Origin: SAR86 cluster bacterium
GTDB lineage: Bacteria > Pseudomonadota > Gammaproteobacteria > Magnimaribacterales > TMED112
DNA length: 64,000 nucleotides
Reading direction: 5' to 3'
Assembly: GCA_023703555.1 (NCBI GenBank)
Contig: CP097968.1
Coordinates: forward strand, 765,168 to 829,167
Shown here: positions 46,806 to 57,536 of the stretch, piece by piece
How positions within the stretch are numbered: the stretch's first letter is position 1
How the letters are laid out: each line of letters opens with the position of its first letter
Program-made: the position numbers and the translations under genes
Notes under the pieces: generated by a model
What the model was told of the DNA's origin: nothing
The model's input: the letters and a program-made list of their open reading frames with translations, nothing else
Database searches by the model: none

Positions 46806-49332
46806 GAGTTTCTTTAAAACCTACGGCATCGACAAGTTTTTCTTCTTCTCTTGTTGTAACAACCTTCACTCCCTGAGTATTCCTTCCAATGATGCTTATC
46901 TGATCAACTTGAGTTCTTATGAGCGTTCCTCTGTTACCTATAAGCATAACCTCATCTCCATCCACCACCTGTACTGCAGAAACCATTCTTCCATTTCTTT
47001 GGGAAGTATTTAAAGCTATTACTCCCTTACCACCACGTTTTTGGCCACTAAACTCAGAGATATTGGTTCTTTTACCGTAACCATTTTCACTTACTGTTAG
47101 AAGATGAGACTCAGGATTTACTTTTATAATTGAGATTACTTTATCACCCTTAGCAATATTCATTCCTTTAACTCCTCTTGTTGACCTGCCCATAGGTCTT
47201 ACATCTGTTTCTTTAAATCTGATTGCCTTTCCCGATTCAGAAGCTAAACAAATTTCGTCATTTCCCTGTGTAATTACTGTTCCAATGAGTTTATCTCCCT
47301 CATCAAGATTTATTGCTCTGAGTCCAGGAGCATATTTCTTTTGGAATGCAGTAAGGGCTGTTTTTTTAACTACTCCATTTCTGGTCGCCATTAGTACAAA
47401 ACTTCCCTCAGAATACTCATCTACAGGAAGAAAAGACGTGACTTTTTCATCATCTTCTAGGGGTAAAACATTAGAAATAGGTCTGCCTTTTGCTGTTCTT
47501 CCCATAAGTGGAAGCCTGTAAATCTCAAGCCAATGGACCTTTCCTTTGGTTGTGAAACATAAAACTTGGACATGTGTATTTAAAACAAGTACTTGTTTAA
47601 TAAAATCCTCGTCCCTAAGAGCAGAAGCAGTTTTACCAACACCACCCCTTCTTTGTGATCTATACTCTGCAAGTTGCTGTGTCTTGACAAAACCATTATT
47701 TGAAATTGTGAAAACCCTTTCTTCCTCGGGAATTAAATCAGCATCATCAATAGTAAGTCTTCTTTCTATAATTTCTGTTCTTCTTTCATCACCAAAATTT
47801 TCTTTTATTTCTATTAGCTCCTCTTTAACGACTTCTACAAGCCTTGCTTTATTAGAAAGAATTTCTTGAAGTTCTTTAATTTGCTTAACAATCTCTTCGT
47901 ATTCTTCGTTTAATTTATCTGTTTCAAGTGCTGTAAGTCTACTAAGCCTTAACTCAAGAATTGCTTTTGCTTGAACCAACGAAAGCTTGTACTCAGAACC
48001 AGCTAAGCCAAAACCCTCTTCTAGCCCCTCAGGCTTACAAATATTTGGGTCTGCAACTTTATCAAGCAGTGGTTTGATTGTTGAGGCTGACCATTTTCTG
48101 TCACAAAGTCTATCAGCAGCAACTTTAGAATTATCTGATTTTTTTATGATCTCAATTATTTCATCAATATTTGCAATAGCTACAATTAATCCCTCCAAGA
48201 CATGGCCTCTTTCCTTAGCTTGCCTAAGTTCAAATATTGATCGGTTTGTAATGACGTCCTTTCTGTGATCAAGAAATATATTTAGAAGTTGTTGAAGATT
48301 ACAAAGCTGTGGCTTGCCATCTACAAGAACCACATTGTTTATTCCAAAGACTTGCTCTAACTGCGAATTTTTTATCAGGTTGTTTAATACAACCTCGGGT
48401 ACTTCGCCTTTTTTAAGTTCGATAACAACTCTCATGCCGTCTTTATCAGACTCATCCCTTATCTCTCCAATTCCTTCAAGTTTTTTCTCTTTAACTAATT
48501 CAGCAATTCTTTCTAGCATTCTTGCTTTATTTACCATAAAAGGAATTTCTGAAATAATTATTGCTTCCTTTCCTGACTTCATGTCTTCTATTGATGTTTT
48601 TCCTCTAACGTAGACTTTTCCCTGGCCAGTTCTATAGGCCTGCTGAATTCCATCAATACCAGTAATAATTCCTCCCAAAGGAAAATCTGGTCCTTTTACA
48701 ATTTTTAAGAGGTCGTCAATCAAGCAGTCAGGGTTTTCTAAAATATATAAACACGCATCTAGAATCTCTGTTAAATTATGAGGAGGAATATTTGTTGCCA
48801 TTCCTACAGCAATGCCTGAGGAGCCATTAATCAACAGATTTGGAATGCGTGTTGGAAGCACATCTGGAATATCCTCTGTACCGTCATAATTTGGTGAATA
48901 ACTAACTGTTTCTTTTTCAATATCGGCTAGGATTTGATCTGTAATTTTCTGCATTCTAATTTCTGTGTATCTCATTGCGGCTGCAGAATCGCCATCAATA
49001 CTTCCAAAATTTCCTTGGCCTTGAATTAATGGGTATCTTAAAGAAAAGTTTTGGGTCATTCTTACAATTGCATCATAAACAGCAGTATCACCGTGTGGAT
49101 GGTATTTACCAATAACGTCTCCCACTACTCTTGCAGACTTTTTATTTGGTTTGTTGTATGTATTGGAAAGCTTATGCATAGCAAAAAGAATTCTCCTATG
49201 AACAGGTTTCATACCATCTCGAGCATCAGGCAATGCACGACCGACTATGACACTCATAGCATAGTCCAGATAGGACTTTTTTAACTCATCTTTTATATCT
49301 ACAGAAAGGACTTCTTTAGCAAAATCTTGCAC
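46792..49332 (-). CDS. gyrA: DNA gyrase subunit A
   Basis: 846 aa. It has [33 protein letters not shown] and AAMRYTE. The C-terminal beta-pinwheel repeats are present. Confidence 0.95.
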   Translation of the reverse strand: MQDFAKEVLSVDIKDELKKSYLDYAMSVIVGRALPDARDGMKPVHRRILFAMHKLSNTYNKPNKKSARVVGDVIGKYHPHGDTAVYDAIVRMTQNFSLRYPLIQGQGNFGSIDGDSAAAMRYTEIRMQKITDQILADIEKETVSYSPNYDGTEDIPDVLPTRIPNLLINGSSGIAVGMATNIPPHNLTEILDACLYILENPDCLIDDLLKIVKGPDFPLGGIITGIDGIQQAYRTGQGKVYVRGKTSIEDMKSGKEAIIISEIPFMVNKARMLERIAELVKEKKLEGIGEIRDESDKDGMRVVIELKKGEVPEVVLNNLIKNSQLEQVFGINNVVLVDGKPQLCNLQQLLNIFLDHRKDVITNRSIFELRQAKERGHVLEGLIVAIANIDEIIEIIKKSDNSKVAADRLCDRKWSASTIKPLLDKVADPNICKPEGLEEGFGLAGSEYKLSLVQAKAILELRLSRLTALETDKLNEEYEEIVKQIKELQEILSNKARLVEVVKEELIEIKENFGDERRTEIIERRLTIDDADLIPEEERVFTISNNGFVKTQQLAEYRSQRRGGVGKTASALRDEDFIKQVLVLNTHVQVLCFTTKGKVHWLEIYRLPLMGRTAKGRPISNVLPLEDDEKVTSFLPVDEYSEGSFVLMATRNGVVKKTALTAFQKKYAPGLRAINLDEGDKLIGTVITQGNDEICLASESGKAIRFKETDVRPMGRSTRGVKGMNIAKGDKVISIIKVNPESHLLTVSENGYGKRTNISEFSGQKRGGKGVIALNTSQRNGRMVSAVQVVDGDEVMLIGNRGTLIRTQVDQISIIGRNTQGVKVVTTREEEKLVDAVGFKETLDEE

Positions 49333-49359
49333 AGTAGTATTTTACCATAAGCAGAGGTA

Positions 49360-50757
49360 CTAATCTTTAAATTCGCTCACTAATTTAGAGATAGTTTCCT
49401 TTGCATCTCCAAATAACATTCTAGAGTTTTCTTTGAAAAAGAGAGGGTTTTGAACTCCAGCAAAACCTGAGGACATTGATCTTTTTAACACTATCACAGT
49501 TTTAGATTTATGCACCTCCAATATGGGCATACCATAAATTGGACTTCCTGGTTCTTCAGTTGCAGATGGATTTACAACATCATTCGCCCCAATAACTAAG
49601 ACGACATCAATCGTACTCATTTTTGGATTCAGATCTTTAGGTTCAAATAGGTCATCATAAGATACATTTGCCTCTGCAAGCAGAACATTCATGTGGCCTG
49701 GCATTCTTCCTGCGACTGGATGAATACCAAATGATACTTCACAACTGTTCTCTTGAAGCAAATCGCCTAATTCTTTAACAACATGCTGTGCTTGTGCTAC
49801 TGCCATTCCATACCCAGGAACTACTAAAACTGAGCTGGCAGATTCTAAAATGAGATAAGCATCTTCAGAGGAAATAGGTCTAATTTCGCCATCAACTTCA
49901 CCTCGACTAGAGGAACTACTTTTATATCCTACAAAAAATATATTGTATAAATCCCTGTTCATTGATTTTGCCATTATTAAAGTTAGAACTAATCCTGAAG
50001 CACCAACAAGACACCCAGCAACAATTAACGCTGTATTAGATAGCACTATTCCCGCTAAAGCAGCTGCAATCCCTGATAAAGAATTAAGTAAAGAAATAAC
50101 CACTGGCATATCTCCTCCTCCAATTGGAAGAACAAAAACTAAGCCAGCAAAAACTGAAACTACTAGAAAAATAAAAAAACTTAATTCAAAATTAGGTAGG
50201 AAAGAAGGGCTTATACCAAAAGACTGAAGTAAAATATAAGAACTAAAAAGACCAAGGTATACAAGGCAAATTACTAGCAGATACTTGGACAACGAATTAA
50301 GAAAACTTGGAGTAGACTTCAAATATTCTGAAAGCTTAAAAAATGCAATAAGGCTCCCAGAAAAAGTAAGGCCGCCTATAAATATAGTTAATGCTCCAAT
50401 AAGTGTAATTATATTCACACTGTTAAGGCTTTGAAGCTCTGACCAAGCAAGCAGATACGACGATAGGCCACCAAAACCATTAAAAAGCGCTACCATCTCA
50501 GGTATCGATGTCATTTTTACTCTTATGGCAAATAGAGATCCTATAAGACCTCCAATCAACATAGCTGAGAGTACGAGTATCGGATTCACAACTTCTATTA
50601 GCGAAACAATTACAGCTAAAAGCATACCAATCGATGAGACCAAGTTACCAGCTGGTGCTGAGTCCTCTCTAGATAACATTTTTAGTCCATAAATGAACAA
50701 AATTGCAGAAAAAATATAGGCTACTTCTTGAAAAGACCCAATACTAAACATATTCAT
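49360..50757 (-). CDS. pntB: NAD(P) transhydrogenase subunit beta
   Basis: 465 aa. It has an N-terminal multi-TM region and a C-terminal dIII domain (PGYGMAVAQAQH, HPVAGRMPGHMNVLLAEA). Confidence 0.9.
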   Translation of the reverse strand: MNMFSIGSFQEVAYIFSAILFIYGLKMLSREDSAPAGNLVSSIGMLLAVIVSLIEVVNPILVLSAMLIGGLIGSLFAIRVKMTSIPEMVALFNGFGGLSSYLLAWSELQSLNSVNIITLIGALTIFIGGLTFSGSLIAFFKLSEYLKSTPSFLNSLSKYLLVICLVYLGLFSSYILLQSFGISPSFLPNFELSFFIFLVVSVFAGLVFVLPIGGGDMPVVISLLNSLSGIAAALAGIVLSNTALIVAGCLVGASGLVLTLIMAKSMNRDLYNIFFVGYKSSSSSRGEVDGEIRPISSEDAYLILESASSVLVVPGYGMAVAQAQHVVKELGDLLQENSCEVSFGIHPVAGRMPGHMNVLLAEANVSYDDLFEPKDLNPKMSTIDVVLVIGANDVVNPSATEEPGSPIYGMPILEVHKSKTVIVLKRSMSSGFAGVQNPLFFKENSRMLFGDAKETISKLVSEFKD

Positions 50758-51029
50758 TTCTTTCTAAACATCCTAAGCATTCTATTTGTTACCAAATAAC
50801 CTCCAAAAACATTTATTGACGCAAATAATACTGCAAAGAAAGCAAGAACAGTTTGAAGTGTACCCTCGGTTCCTAGGGATAAAGCTCCAACCAAAGTAAT
50901 TCCACTTATGGCATTTGCTCCTGACATTAGAGGAGTGTGAAGAGTACTGGGAATTTTTGAAATAAGCTCTAAACCTAAAAATATCGAAAGAACTAAGATA
51001 AAAAATAGTAATAAATATATTTCCATCAT
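50754..51029 (-). CDS. pntAB: NAD(P) transhydrogenase alpha subunit part 2 (membrane)
   Basis: 91 aa with three TM helices. HTPLMSGANAISGI is conserved. ATGA overlaps on both sides. Confidence 0.8.
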   Translation of the reverse strand: MMEIYLLLFFILVLSIFLGLELISKIPSTLHTPLMSGANAISGITLVGALSLGTEGTLQTVLAFFAVLFASINVFGGYLVTNRMLRMFRKK

Positions 51030-52144
51030 TTAAAGACCTCATTAGTGATTTTTCCTTTATTCACCAGAAGGGCAGATTTTACAATTTCATCTTCAAAATT
51101 AACCTCTAGATTACCTTGTTCTTGATTATAAAATTCCAGAACAAAATTTATAAGATTATTGCTCAAGGCAAATGATGCATGATTGGCTGCGAAAGAAGGG
51201 AGGTTAGAAAGACCCATTATCTTTACTCCCTTATGGTTAACAATTTGATTTATTTTTGATCCTTCAACATTGCCCCCACTCTCTACTGCCATGTCAAAAA
51301 TTACGCTTCCTGGCTTCATGCTTTCAATAGTCTCTTTGTCGATGATACTTGGTGCAGGTCTTCCAAAAATTTGTGCGGTTGTTATTACAATATCTGATCT
51401 TACGCAGACCTCTTTTTGGAGCATTTTCTGTTTTTGAATTTGCTCAGATGTAAGTTCTTTTGCATATCCTTGTGTAGTCTCTTCTGTTGCTCCAAGATCA
51501 ATTTTAACGAATTTAGCTCCTAACGATTTTACCTGCTCCTCCACTACCTCTCTCGTGTCAAAAGCTTCAACTTTAGCGCCTAATCTTTTTGCAGTTGCTA
51601 TAGCCTGTAATCCAGCAACTCCTACCCCTATCACAAAAATATTCGCTGGTTTTAAAGTTCCAGCAGCAGTCATCATCATAGGTAAAGCAAGATTTAATTC
51701 TTTTGCAGATTCTATCACTGCTACATATCCAGCTAAATTTGATTGACTACTTAGAACATCCATTTTTTGTGCTCTTGTTATTCTTGGAATGAACTCCATG
51801 CTAACTGCTGAATTACCTCTCTGAGAAAAACCTTCAAACTGTGCTTTTGATGTGAAGGGATCCATTAATCCTATAAAAAATGAATCTTTCTTCATTATTT
51901 TTATCTCTCCTGCACCAAGGGGAGACGTTGAAAAAAGAATATCAGAAGATCTAATACAATCCTGTCTATCCGTAGCTTTGGCCCCTAAATTTTCTAAGAC
52001 GCTATCCTCTAGGTTAATGCCCTTGCAGAGTCCACTTTCAAAAGAAATATCTATACCCATATCTAGTATAGGTTTGATGCTATCAGGATGAAGAGTTGTT
52101 CTCTTGTCACCAGAATTGTTTGGTAAGATAGCCCCTAAAATCAT
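51026..52144 (-). CDS. pntAA: NAD(P) transhydrogenase alpha subunit part 1 (dI, alanine dehydrogenase-like)
   Basis: 372 aa. It has VIGVGVAGLQAIATAKRLGA and VIFDMAVESGGN. Confidence 0.85.
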   Translation of the reverse strand: MILGAILPNNSGDKRTTLHPDSIKPILDMGIDISFESGLCKGINLEDSVLENLGAKATDRQDCIRSSDILFSTSPLGAGEIKIMKKDSFFIGLMDPFTSKAQFEGFSQRGNSAVSMEFIPRITRAQKMDVLSSQSNLAGYVAVIESAKELNLALPMMMTAAGTLKPANIFVIGVGVAGLQAIATAKRLGAKVEAFDTREVVEEQVKSLGAKFVKIDLGATEETTQGYAKELTSEQIQKQKMLQKEVCVRSDIVITTAQIFGRPAPSIIDKETIESMKPGSVIFDMAVESGGNVEGSKINQIVNHKGVKIMGLSNLPSFAANHASFALSNNLINFVLEFYNQEQGNLEVNFEDEIVKSALLVNKGKITNEVFK

Positions 52145-52181
52145 CGAAATATATAATTAAATCTCAGATATACTTTAACTT

Positions 52182-52874
52182 ATGAAAAACTTTGATCAAC
52201 AAGAATTAGATAAATTTTCCAAATTGGCGAAAGATTGGTGGAATCCTTCAGGAAAATTTAAACCTCTTCATTTAATCAATCCTCTTCGGTTTGATTACAT
52301 CAAGAGTAAGATTGATCTTAAGAGTAAAAAAGTTCTCGATATTGGTTGTGGAGGTGGAATTTTATCTGAAAGCCTTGCAAGAGCTGGATCAGATGTAAAG
52401 GCAATTGATCTGGCAGATGGACCCCTTAGTGTTGCTGAAATTCGTAGAAGAGAAACAAACCTAAATATATCTTATGAAAAGTGCTCTACTTCTGAACTGG
52501 TTGATAGAGGAGAGAAATATGATGTTATAACTTGCCTAGAAATGTTAGAGCATGTCCCAGAGCCCAGGCTGATTGTTGAAGAGTGCAATAAACTACTAAA
52601 GGCAAACGGACATGTATTTTTTTCAACAATAAATAGGAATATGAAATCTTTTTTTCTCGCAATAGTAGGAGCAGAGTACGTATTGAATATACTTCCAACT
52701 GGAACACATGATTTTGATAAGCTCATAAAGCCATCGGAATTAAAAGAATATATTGATAAAACAAGTTTGAATTTCGAAGAAATTAAAGGAATGCTTTATC
52801 TTCCTTTTTTTGACATTGTAAAATTGAATGATGATCCATCAGTTAACTACATAATTCATGCAAGAAAAAAATAA
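52182..52874 (+). CDS. ubiG: Ubiquinone biosynthesis O-methyltransferase
   Basis: 230 aa. It has ELDKFSKLAKDWWNPSGKFKPLHLINPLR, VLDIGCGGGILSE and LEMLEHVP. Confidence 0.85.
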   Translation: MKNFDQQELDKFSKLAKDWWNPSGKFKPLHLINPLRFDYIKSKIDLKSKKVLDIGCGGGILSESLARAGSDVKAIDLADGPLSVAEIRRRETNLNISYEKCSTSELVDRGEKYDVITCLEMLEHVPEPRLIVEECNKLLKANGHVFFSTINRNMKSFFLAIVGAEYVLNILPTGTHDFDKLIKPSELKEYIDKTSLNFEEIKGMLYLPFFDIVKLNDDPSVNYIIHARKK

Positions 52875-53499
52875 AGCTGCTGTCTTTGATCTTGATGGAA
52901 CACTGCTTGATTCAGGAATAACATTTCATAGAATTGTGAACGAGCTTAAAAATAAGTTGGGACAGTCTGAGGTAGACTATGAGCTGGTTCGCAAATACTC
53001 ATCAAGAGGAGCAAGCCTAATCTTAAAAAACTGCTTCCCAAATATTGATGAAAAATTGTTGAAAAAATTAAGAAATGATTTTCTTAAAAGATACGAAGAA
53101 ATTATCGTCGATAATTTAGTTCTATATGAAGGTGTTGAGGTAATGTTAGAAAATTTACAAGCAAAAGGTATTAAATGGGGAATAGTTACAAACAAATCAC
53201 AAAAATATACCCATCCAATAGTAGAAAAACTTGGGTGGCTGTCTGTGCCCTTAATTTGTCCTGAAGATGTAGCAGTTGCGAAGCCAGACCCCGAAGGACT
53301 ATTGAAAGTCCTTAAAAAATTGGAGTGTGATCCAAAAGTTTCATTCTACATTGGGGATCACGAACGTGACATTGAAACAGGAATAAATGCTGGCACAAAG
53401 ACGGTATCTTGCTCATGGGGATATTATGAGAGTGATCCTAAGTCTTGGAATGCAAATTTTTTTATTGATAGTCCTTTGGAGCTCATAAGATGCTTGTAA
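52858..53499 (+). CDS. HAD-IA phosphatase (phosphoglycolate phosphatase/MupP-like)
   Basis: 213 aa. It has VFDLDGTLLDS, VTNK and YIGDHERDIETGINAG. It follows ubiG, as in other gammaproteobacteria. Confidence 0.7.
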   Translation: MQEKNKAAVFDLDGTLLDSGITFHRIVNELKNKLGQSEVDYELVRKYSSRGASLILKNCFPNIDEKLLKKLRNDFLKRYEEIIVDNLVLYEGVEVMLENLQAKGIKWGIVTNKSQKYTHPIVEKLGWLSVPLICPEDVAVAKPDPEGLLKVLKKLECDPKVSFYIGDHERDIETGINAGTKTVSCSWGYYESDPKSWNANFFIDSPLELIRCL

Positions 53500-54251
53500 A
53501 GAAGGTCCCAGAGTTTAGCCCACCGTCAGAATTACTAGAAGGTAAGAATATTCTAATTACTGGTGCAGGCTCTGGAATTGGTCGACAGTTAGCAATCGAT
53601 TTTGCTCAAAAAGGGGCAAACTTAATACTAATGTCAAAAGATTTCAAAAAATTAATGTCCGTTCAGGATCAGATCAAAGGAAAGAACAACAAAGAACCTC
53701 TAATCATTGAATTTGACTTTCTAAAGGCTAAGGATAAGGAATATAAAAGGCTTTCAGAAGGTATTGATAAACATATTTCGTGTCTGGATGGCCTTGTCCA
53801 TGTTGCTGCGGTGCTTGGTTATATTTCACCATTTATGAGCACATCGTTGGGCCAGCTAAAAACAGTTATGGAAGTCAATTTTGAAAGTAATTTTTTGTTA
53901 ACACAACTTTTAATGCCTCAACTTTTAAAAGCAAGATCGCCATCTGTTATTTTTACAAGTTCTGGAGTTGGAAGAAGACCAAGGGCACTCTGGACTAGTT
54001 ATGGTATTTCGAAAGGAGCAGTAGAGGCGTTTATGCAGACATTAGCAGATGAATATGAGAATAATATTAGATTTTGCACCTACAACCCAGGTGCCACCAA
54101 AACTGCCATGAGAGCTCAAGCTTTTCCAGCAGAAGATCCAAACACAGTTAAACTTCCAAATAAATTAACCAATGATTTTTTATGGCTGCTCTCTGAGGAA
54201 AATAATACGACAGGTATAGCCTTTGATTATAGTAAGTTAGAGACTAAATGA
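53490..54251 (+). CDS. yciK: YciK-family short-chain dehydrogenase/reductase
   Basis: 253 aa. It has ILITGAGSGIGRQ. Long colinear similarity to E. coli YciK as I recall it (LDGLVH.A..LG, FTSSGVGRR.RA.W..Y..SK, NPG.T.TAMRA.AFP.EDP). Confidence 0.7.
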   Translation: MLVKKVPEFSPPSELLEGKNILITGAGSGIGRQLAIDFAQKGANLILMSKDFKKLMSVQDQIKGKNNKEPLIIEFDFLKAKDKEYKRLSEGIDKHISCLDGLVHVAAVLGYISPFMSTSLGQLKTVMEVNFESNFLLTQLLMPQLLKARSPSVIFTSSGVGRRPRALWTSYGISKGAVEAFMQTLADEYENNIRFCTYNPGATKTAMRAQAFPAEDPNTVKLPNKLTNDFLWLLSEENNTTGIAFDYSKLETK

Positions 54252-54987
54252 CCTTGTAAATTTTTTTCAAATTCTGAATATCCCTATTATTGACTTTCTT
54301 CCATTCACCTGGCTTGAGGGTTTTTGGCAACTCAATTGAACCATACCTTAGCCTAATCAGTCTGTTTACAGTTAATTCTTGGGTTGCCCAAAGTTTGCGT
54401 ACCTCTCTATTCTTGCCAGAAAAAAGACAGACATAAAACCAATGATTCTTTGATAACCTTTTTTTCTTTACCTCAACAATATCTGAGAAATTAGATTCTA
54501 AACCATTGATCTTCACTCCCTTTAATAGTTTTGAAATCTTCTCATTTGAAATATCTCCATAGACTCTACACAAGTACTCACGATCAATACCACTTGATGG
54601 ATGAGAAAGCATATTTGAAAAATCACCATTATTTGAAAATAACAATAATCCTGATGTGTTTACATCAAGACGCCCAATCATTATCCATTTTCCTTTTTTT
54701 CTGGTTGGCAAATTTTTGAAGACACTATCGTTTTTTTCTGAACTTGCATTTGAACATATTTGGCCTAAAGGTTTGTGATACATTATGACTTCAAGTGGAG
54801 CAGACAAATCCGCTATATGCTGAGAGCCGTTAATTTCAATAATATCGTTGTCCTTAATAGCAATGTCAGACTTAACCAATTTTGAATTTACGAAGATTTT
54901 ATTTTCTGAAATATAATTCTTAGAAGCTCTTCGATTTGTAAAGCCTAAATTTGATAAGTATTTAGATATTTTTTGATCTTTCAGCAT
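54244..54987 (-). CDS. rluB: rRNA pseudouridine synthase, RluB/RsuA family
   Basis: 247 aa. The N-terminal S4 domain reads ISKYLSNLGFTNRRASKNYI. The catalytic motif is GRLDVNTSGLLLFSNNG, followed by DREYLCRVYG. Confidence 0.65.
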   Translation of the reverse strand: MLKDQKISKYLSNLGFTNRRASKNYISENKIFVNSKLVKSDIAIKDNDIIEINGSQHIADLSAPLEVIMYHKPLGQICSNASSEKNDSVFKNLPTRKKGKWIMIGRLDVNTSGLLLFSNNGDFSNMLSHPSSGIDREYLCRVYGDISNEKISKLLKGVKINGLESNFSDIVEVKKKRLSKNHWFYVCLFSGKNREVRKLWATQELTVNRLIRLRYGSIELPKTLKPGEWKKVNNRDIQNLKKIYKVI

Positions 54988-55546
54988 CTACATCGTTCTG
55001 CAAAGAAAGCTCTGGGTCAATACTTAAAACATCAGGCAAGTTTGGTAATTCTGGTAACTCACTAAGTGATTTTAAAGAAAAATCATCTAGAAATTTTTGA
55101 GTTGTAATAAACAATGCTGGCCTACCGGGAATGTCCCTATAACCTTTTATTTTTGCCCAACCTTGATCAATAAGTAGTTTAACTACACTTGTTGCAACAC
55201 TTACACCTCTAATTTCTTCAATATCCCCTCTTGTTACTGGCTGCATGTAAGCAATAATAGAAATAGTTTCAAGAGTTGCTCGCGACAACTTAAGAGGTTT
55301 AACCTCCCACAATTTTGCAACATCTTCTGAAAAATCTTGTTTAATTTGAAACCTATAGCCACTTGCAACTTCAATTAATTCAACCGCTTTTCCCTCATAA
55401 TCTTTTTTTACCTGAAAGAGTGCTGAAATAATTTTTGATTTTTTTTCTTCATCTTCAACTTCAAATAAATCAATAAGATTATTAAGAGATAATGGTCTGT
55501 TTGCAGAGAATAGAATTGCTTCAACTCTATCTTTAAGATTTTTCAA
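54962..55546 (-). CDS. scpB: Segregation and condensation protein B
   Basis: 194 aa. It has VEAILFSANRPLSL, YRFQIK, LETISIIAYMQPVTRGDIEEIRGV and GRPALFITT. Confidence 0.8.
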   Translation of the reverse strand: MKNLKDRVEAILFSANRPLSLNNLIDLFEVEDEEKKSKIISALFQVKKDYEGKAVELIEVASGYRFQIKQDFSEDVAKLWEVKPLKLSRATLETISIIAYMQPVTRGDIEEIRGVSVATSVVKLLIDQGWAKIKGYRDIPGRPALFITTQKFLDDFSLKSLSELPELPNLPDVLSIDPELSLQNDVDAERSKNI

Positions 55547-56340
55547 TGTAGTATCTCCTCAGTATTTTTAAAATAAAGCTCACCAAACTGCTCAGCTTGA
55601 ACAACTTCAATATAGCCCTTACGGTTAAGCTCTAAAGCTGCAACAAGGATTACTGAAATGGCTAATTTTGATTCACCTTTTAATACCAACTCTGGTAAAG
55701 AAATAAAATCACGTGTTTTTAAACTTTCTAGCAATAATTTCATTTTTGATTCCACAGAAATATTTTCTAAAGTGACTTTATGGCTTTGCATGTTGTTAAG
55801 TTGTTCCAGAATAGATCTAAGAGCAAATGAAAGATCATTTTTGTCATAGAAATTTCTGGGTTTTGGAAGTTCAAATTCAGGAAGTTTCGCAGCCGCTCCA
55901 AATACATCTCTATCAACTCGAGGAAGCTCATCTATTTCAAGACTCACAGCTTTAAATCTTTGATATTCCTGTAGCCTTCTAATCAATTCAGCTTTTGGAT
56001 CGCTATCAACTTCATCATCTTCTTGAGCTCTAGGTAAGAGAATTCTGGATTTAATTTCTGCAAGATAAGCTGCCATTGATAAGTAGTCTCCTGCAAGCTC
56101 ATATTCCATGGTATCCATTAGACTGATATAAGAAATATATTGATCAGTTATATCGACGAGGTTTACCTCCAGAATATCTAGGTTTTTTCTTTGGATAAGG
56201 TAAAGAAGAAAATCCATTGGGCCTGAAAACACATCCAATAGTAGAAGAAGTGCTTTTGGAGGAATATATAAATTTTCAGGGAGTTCATTTATTTCTGAGC
56301 CTTTGACCTTTGGAAGGCCAATTTCTTTTACACTGTGCAT
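55543..56340 (-). CDS. scpA: Segregation and condensation protein A
   Basis: ORF 55543..56367 opens with TTG, so I chose the ATG at 56340 (MHSVKE). FSGPMDFLLYLIQRKNLDILEV is typical of ScpA. Confidence 0.8.
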   Translation of the reverse strand: MHSVKEIGLPKVKGSEINELPENLYIPPKALLLLLDVFSGPMDFLLYLIQRKNLDILEVNLVDITDQYISYISLMDTMEYELAGDYLSMAAYLAEIKSRILLPRAQEDDEVDSDPKAELIRRLQEYQRFKAVSLEIDELPRVDRDVFGAAAKLPEFELPKPRNFYDKNDLSFALRSILEQLNNMQSHKVTLENISVESKMKLLLESLKTRDFISLPELVLKGESKLAISVILVAALELNRKGYIEVVQAEQFGELYFKNTEEILH

Positions 56341-56486
56341 ACACAAGATATTGTATATAAAAAACAAAAAAAATACTAAATATTGTGTTTTTTTTCAATA
56401 ATGGCAAATTTAAAAAAAATACTTAAAAAATTATTAAAAACACATAGCTTAGTAGTGTAAAATTTACGTTCTATTTCATATATAAA

Positions 56487-57536
56487 ATGTATATTACTGA
56501 TAACAGCAGAATTCTTTCTAGGGAAGAGCTTTCTACTCCTGAAGAGATAACACAAGAAATTCCCCTCTCGAAAAATGCATCAAAACTGATTTTTGGTGCT
56601 AGGAGAAATATAAGCAAAGTTTTACATAACCTCGATGACAGAGTTATTGTAGTTGTTGGGCCTTGCTCAATTCATGACCCTGGTGCTGCTATTGAATACG
56701 CGAATTTATTAAAAGAATTTTCAATTCAACTAGAGGATAATTTGTTAGTGGTAATGAGAGTATATTTTGAGAAACCAAGGACCACAGTTGGTTGGAAAGG
56801 CTTAATTAACGATCCAAGATTAGATAATTCTTTTAAGATTAATGAAGGATTAAGAGTTGCCAGAAAACTTCTTAATGACATATCTAATGTTGGCCTTCCA
56901 GCTGGAACTGAATTTTTAGATCTTATATCTCCTCAATATATATCTGATCTTGTAAGCTGGGGTGCAATTGGGGCACGAACCGCGGAAAGCCAAGTGCATA
57001 GGGAGCTTACATCCGGTTTGTCATGCCCAGTTGGCATAAAAAATTCTACAAATGGTGAATATAAACCTGCTATTGACGCTATTAAGTCAGCAAAATATCA
57101 GCATGTTTTTTTAGGTGCAACCAAACAAGGTAAGGTTGCAATATTTAAGACTTCAGGCAACGATGATACTCATTTAATACTCAGAGGTGGTAAAAATCCA
57201 AATTACGACAAAGGTTCTGTACATGCTTGTATAAAGAGCCTTTCAGAATCAAATATAAATTCCAATATTATGGTAGATTTTAGTCATGGGAACTCCCAAA
57301 AAAACCATGAAAATCAGGCTAAAGTATGCTCGAGCATTTGCTCTCAGATAGCAAATGGAAACAAAAATATAGTTGGTGTGATGATTGAAAGCAATCTACA
57401 AGCTGGCAATCAAAAAATTTCTAATCAAATGGAATATGGTAAAAGCATAACTGATGCGTGCGTAGATTTTGAGGAAACTAAAGTTTTTTTAGAAAACTTA
57501 AGCACTGCAGTCCAAAAAAGAAGGGAAATTGGATAA
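56487..57536 (+). CDS. aroG: 3-deoxy-7-phosphoheptulonate (DAHP) synthase, class I
   Basis: 349 aa. It has VVVGPCSIHDPGAAIEY, RVYFEKPRTTVGWKGLINDP and SWGAIGARTAESQVHRE. The isozyme and feedback specificity cannot be told from the sequence. Confidence 0.9.
   Translation: MYITDNSRILSREELSTPEEITQEIPLSKNASKLIFGARRNISKVLHNLDDRVIVVVGPCSIHDPGAAIEYANLLKEFSIQLEDNLLVVMRVYFEKPRTTVGWKGLINDPRLDNSFKINEGLRVARKLLNDISNVGLPAGTEFLDLISPQYISDLVSWGAIGARTAESQVHRELTSGLSCPVGIKNSTNGEYKPAIDAIKSAKYQHVFLGATKQGKVAIFKTSGNDDTHLILRGGKNPNYDKGSVHACIKSLSESNINSNIMVDFSHGNSQKNHENQAKVCSSICSQIANGNKNIVGVMIESNLQAGNQKISNQMEYGKSITDACVDFEETKVFLENLSTAVQKRREIG

Noticed and set aside
50782..51042. 86-aa minus-strand ORF overlapping pntAB in another frame
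   Set aside because: The 91-aa frame carries the conserved PntA membrane-part motif (HTPLMSGANAISGI) and ATGA coupling to both neighbours. The alternative frame has no such features.
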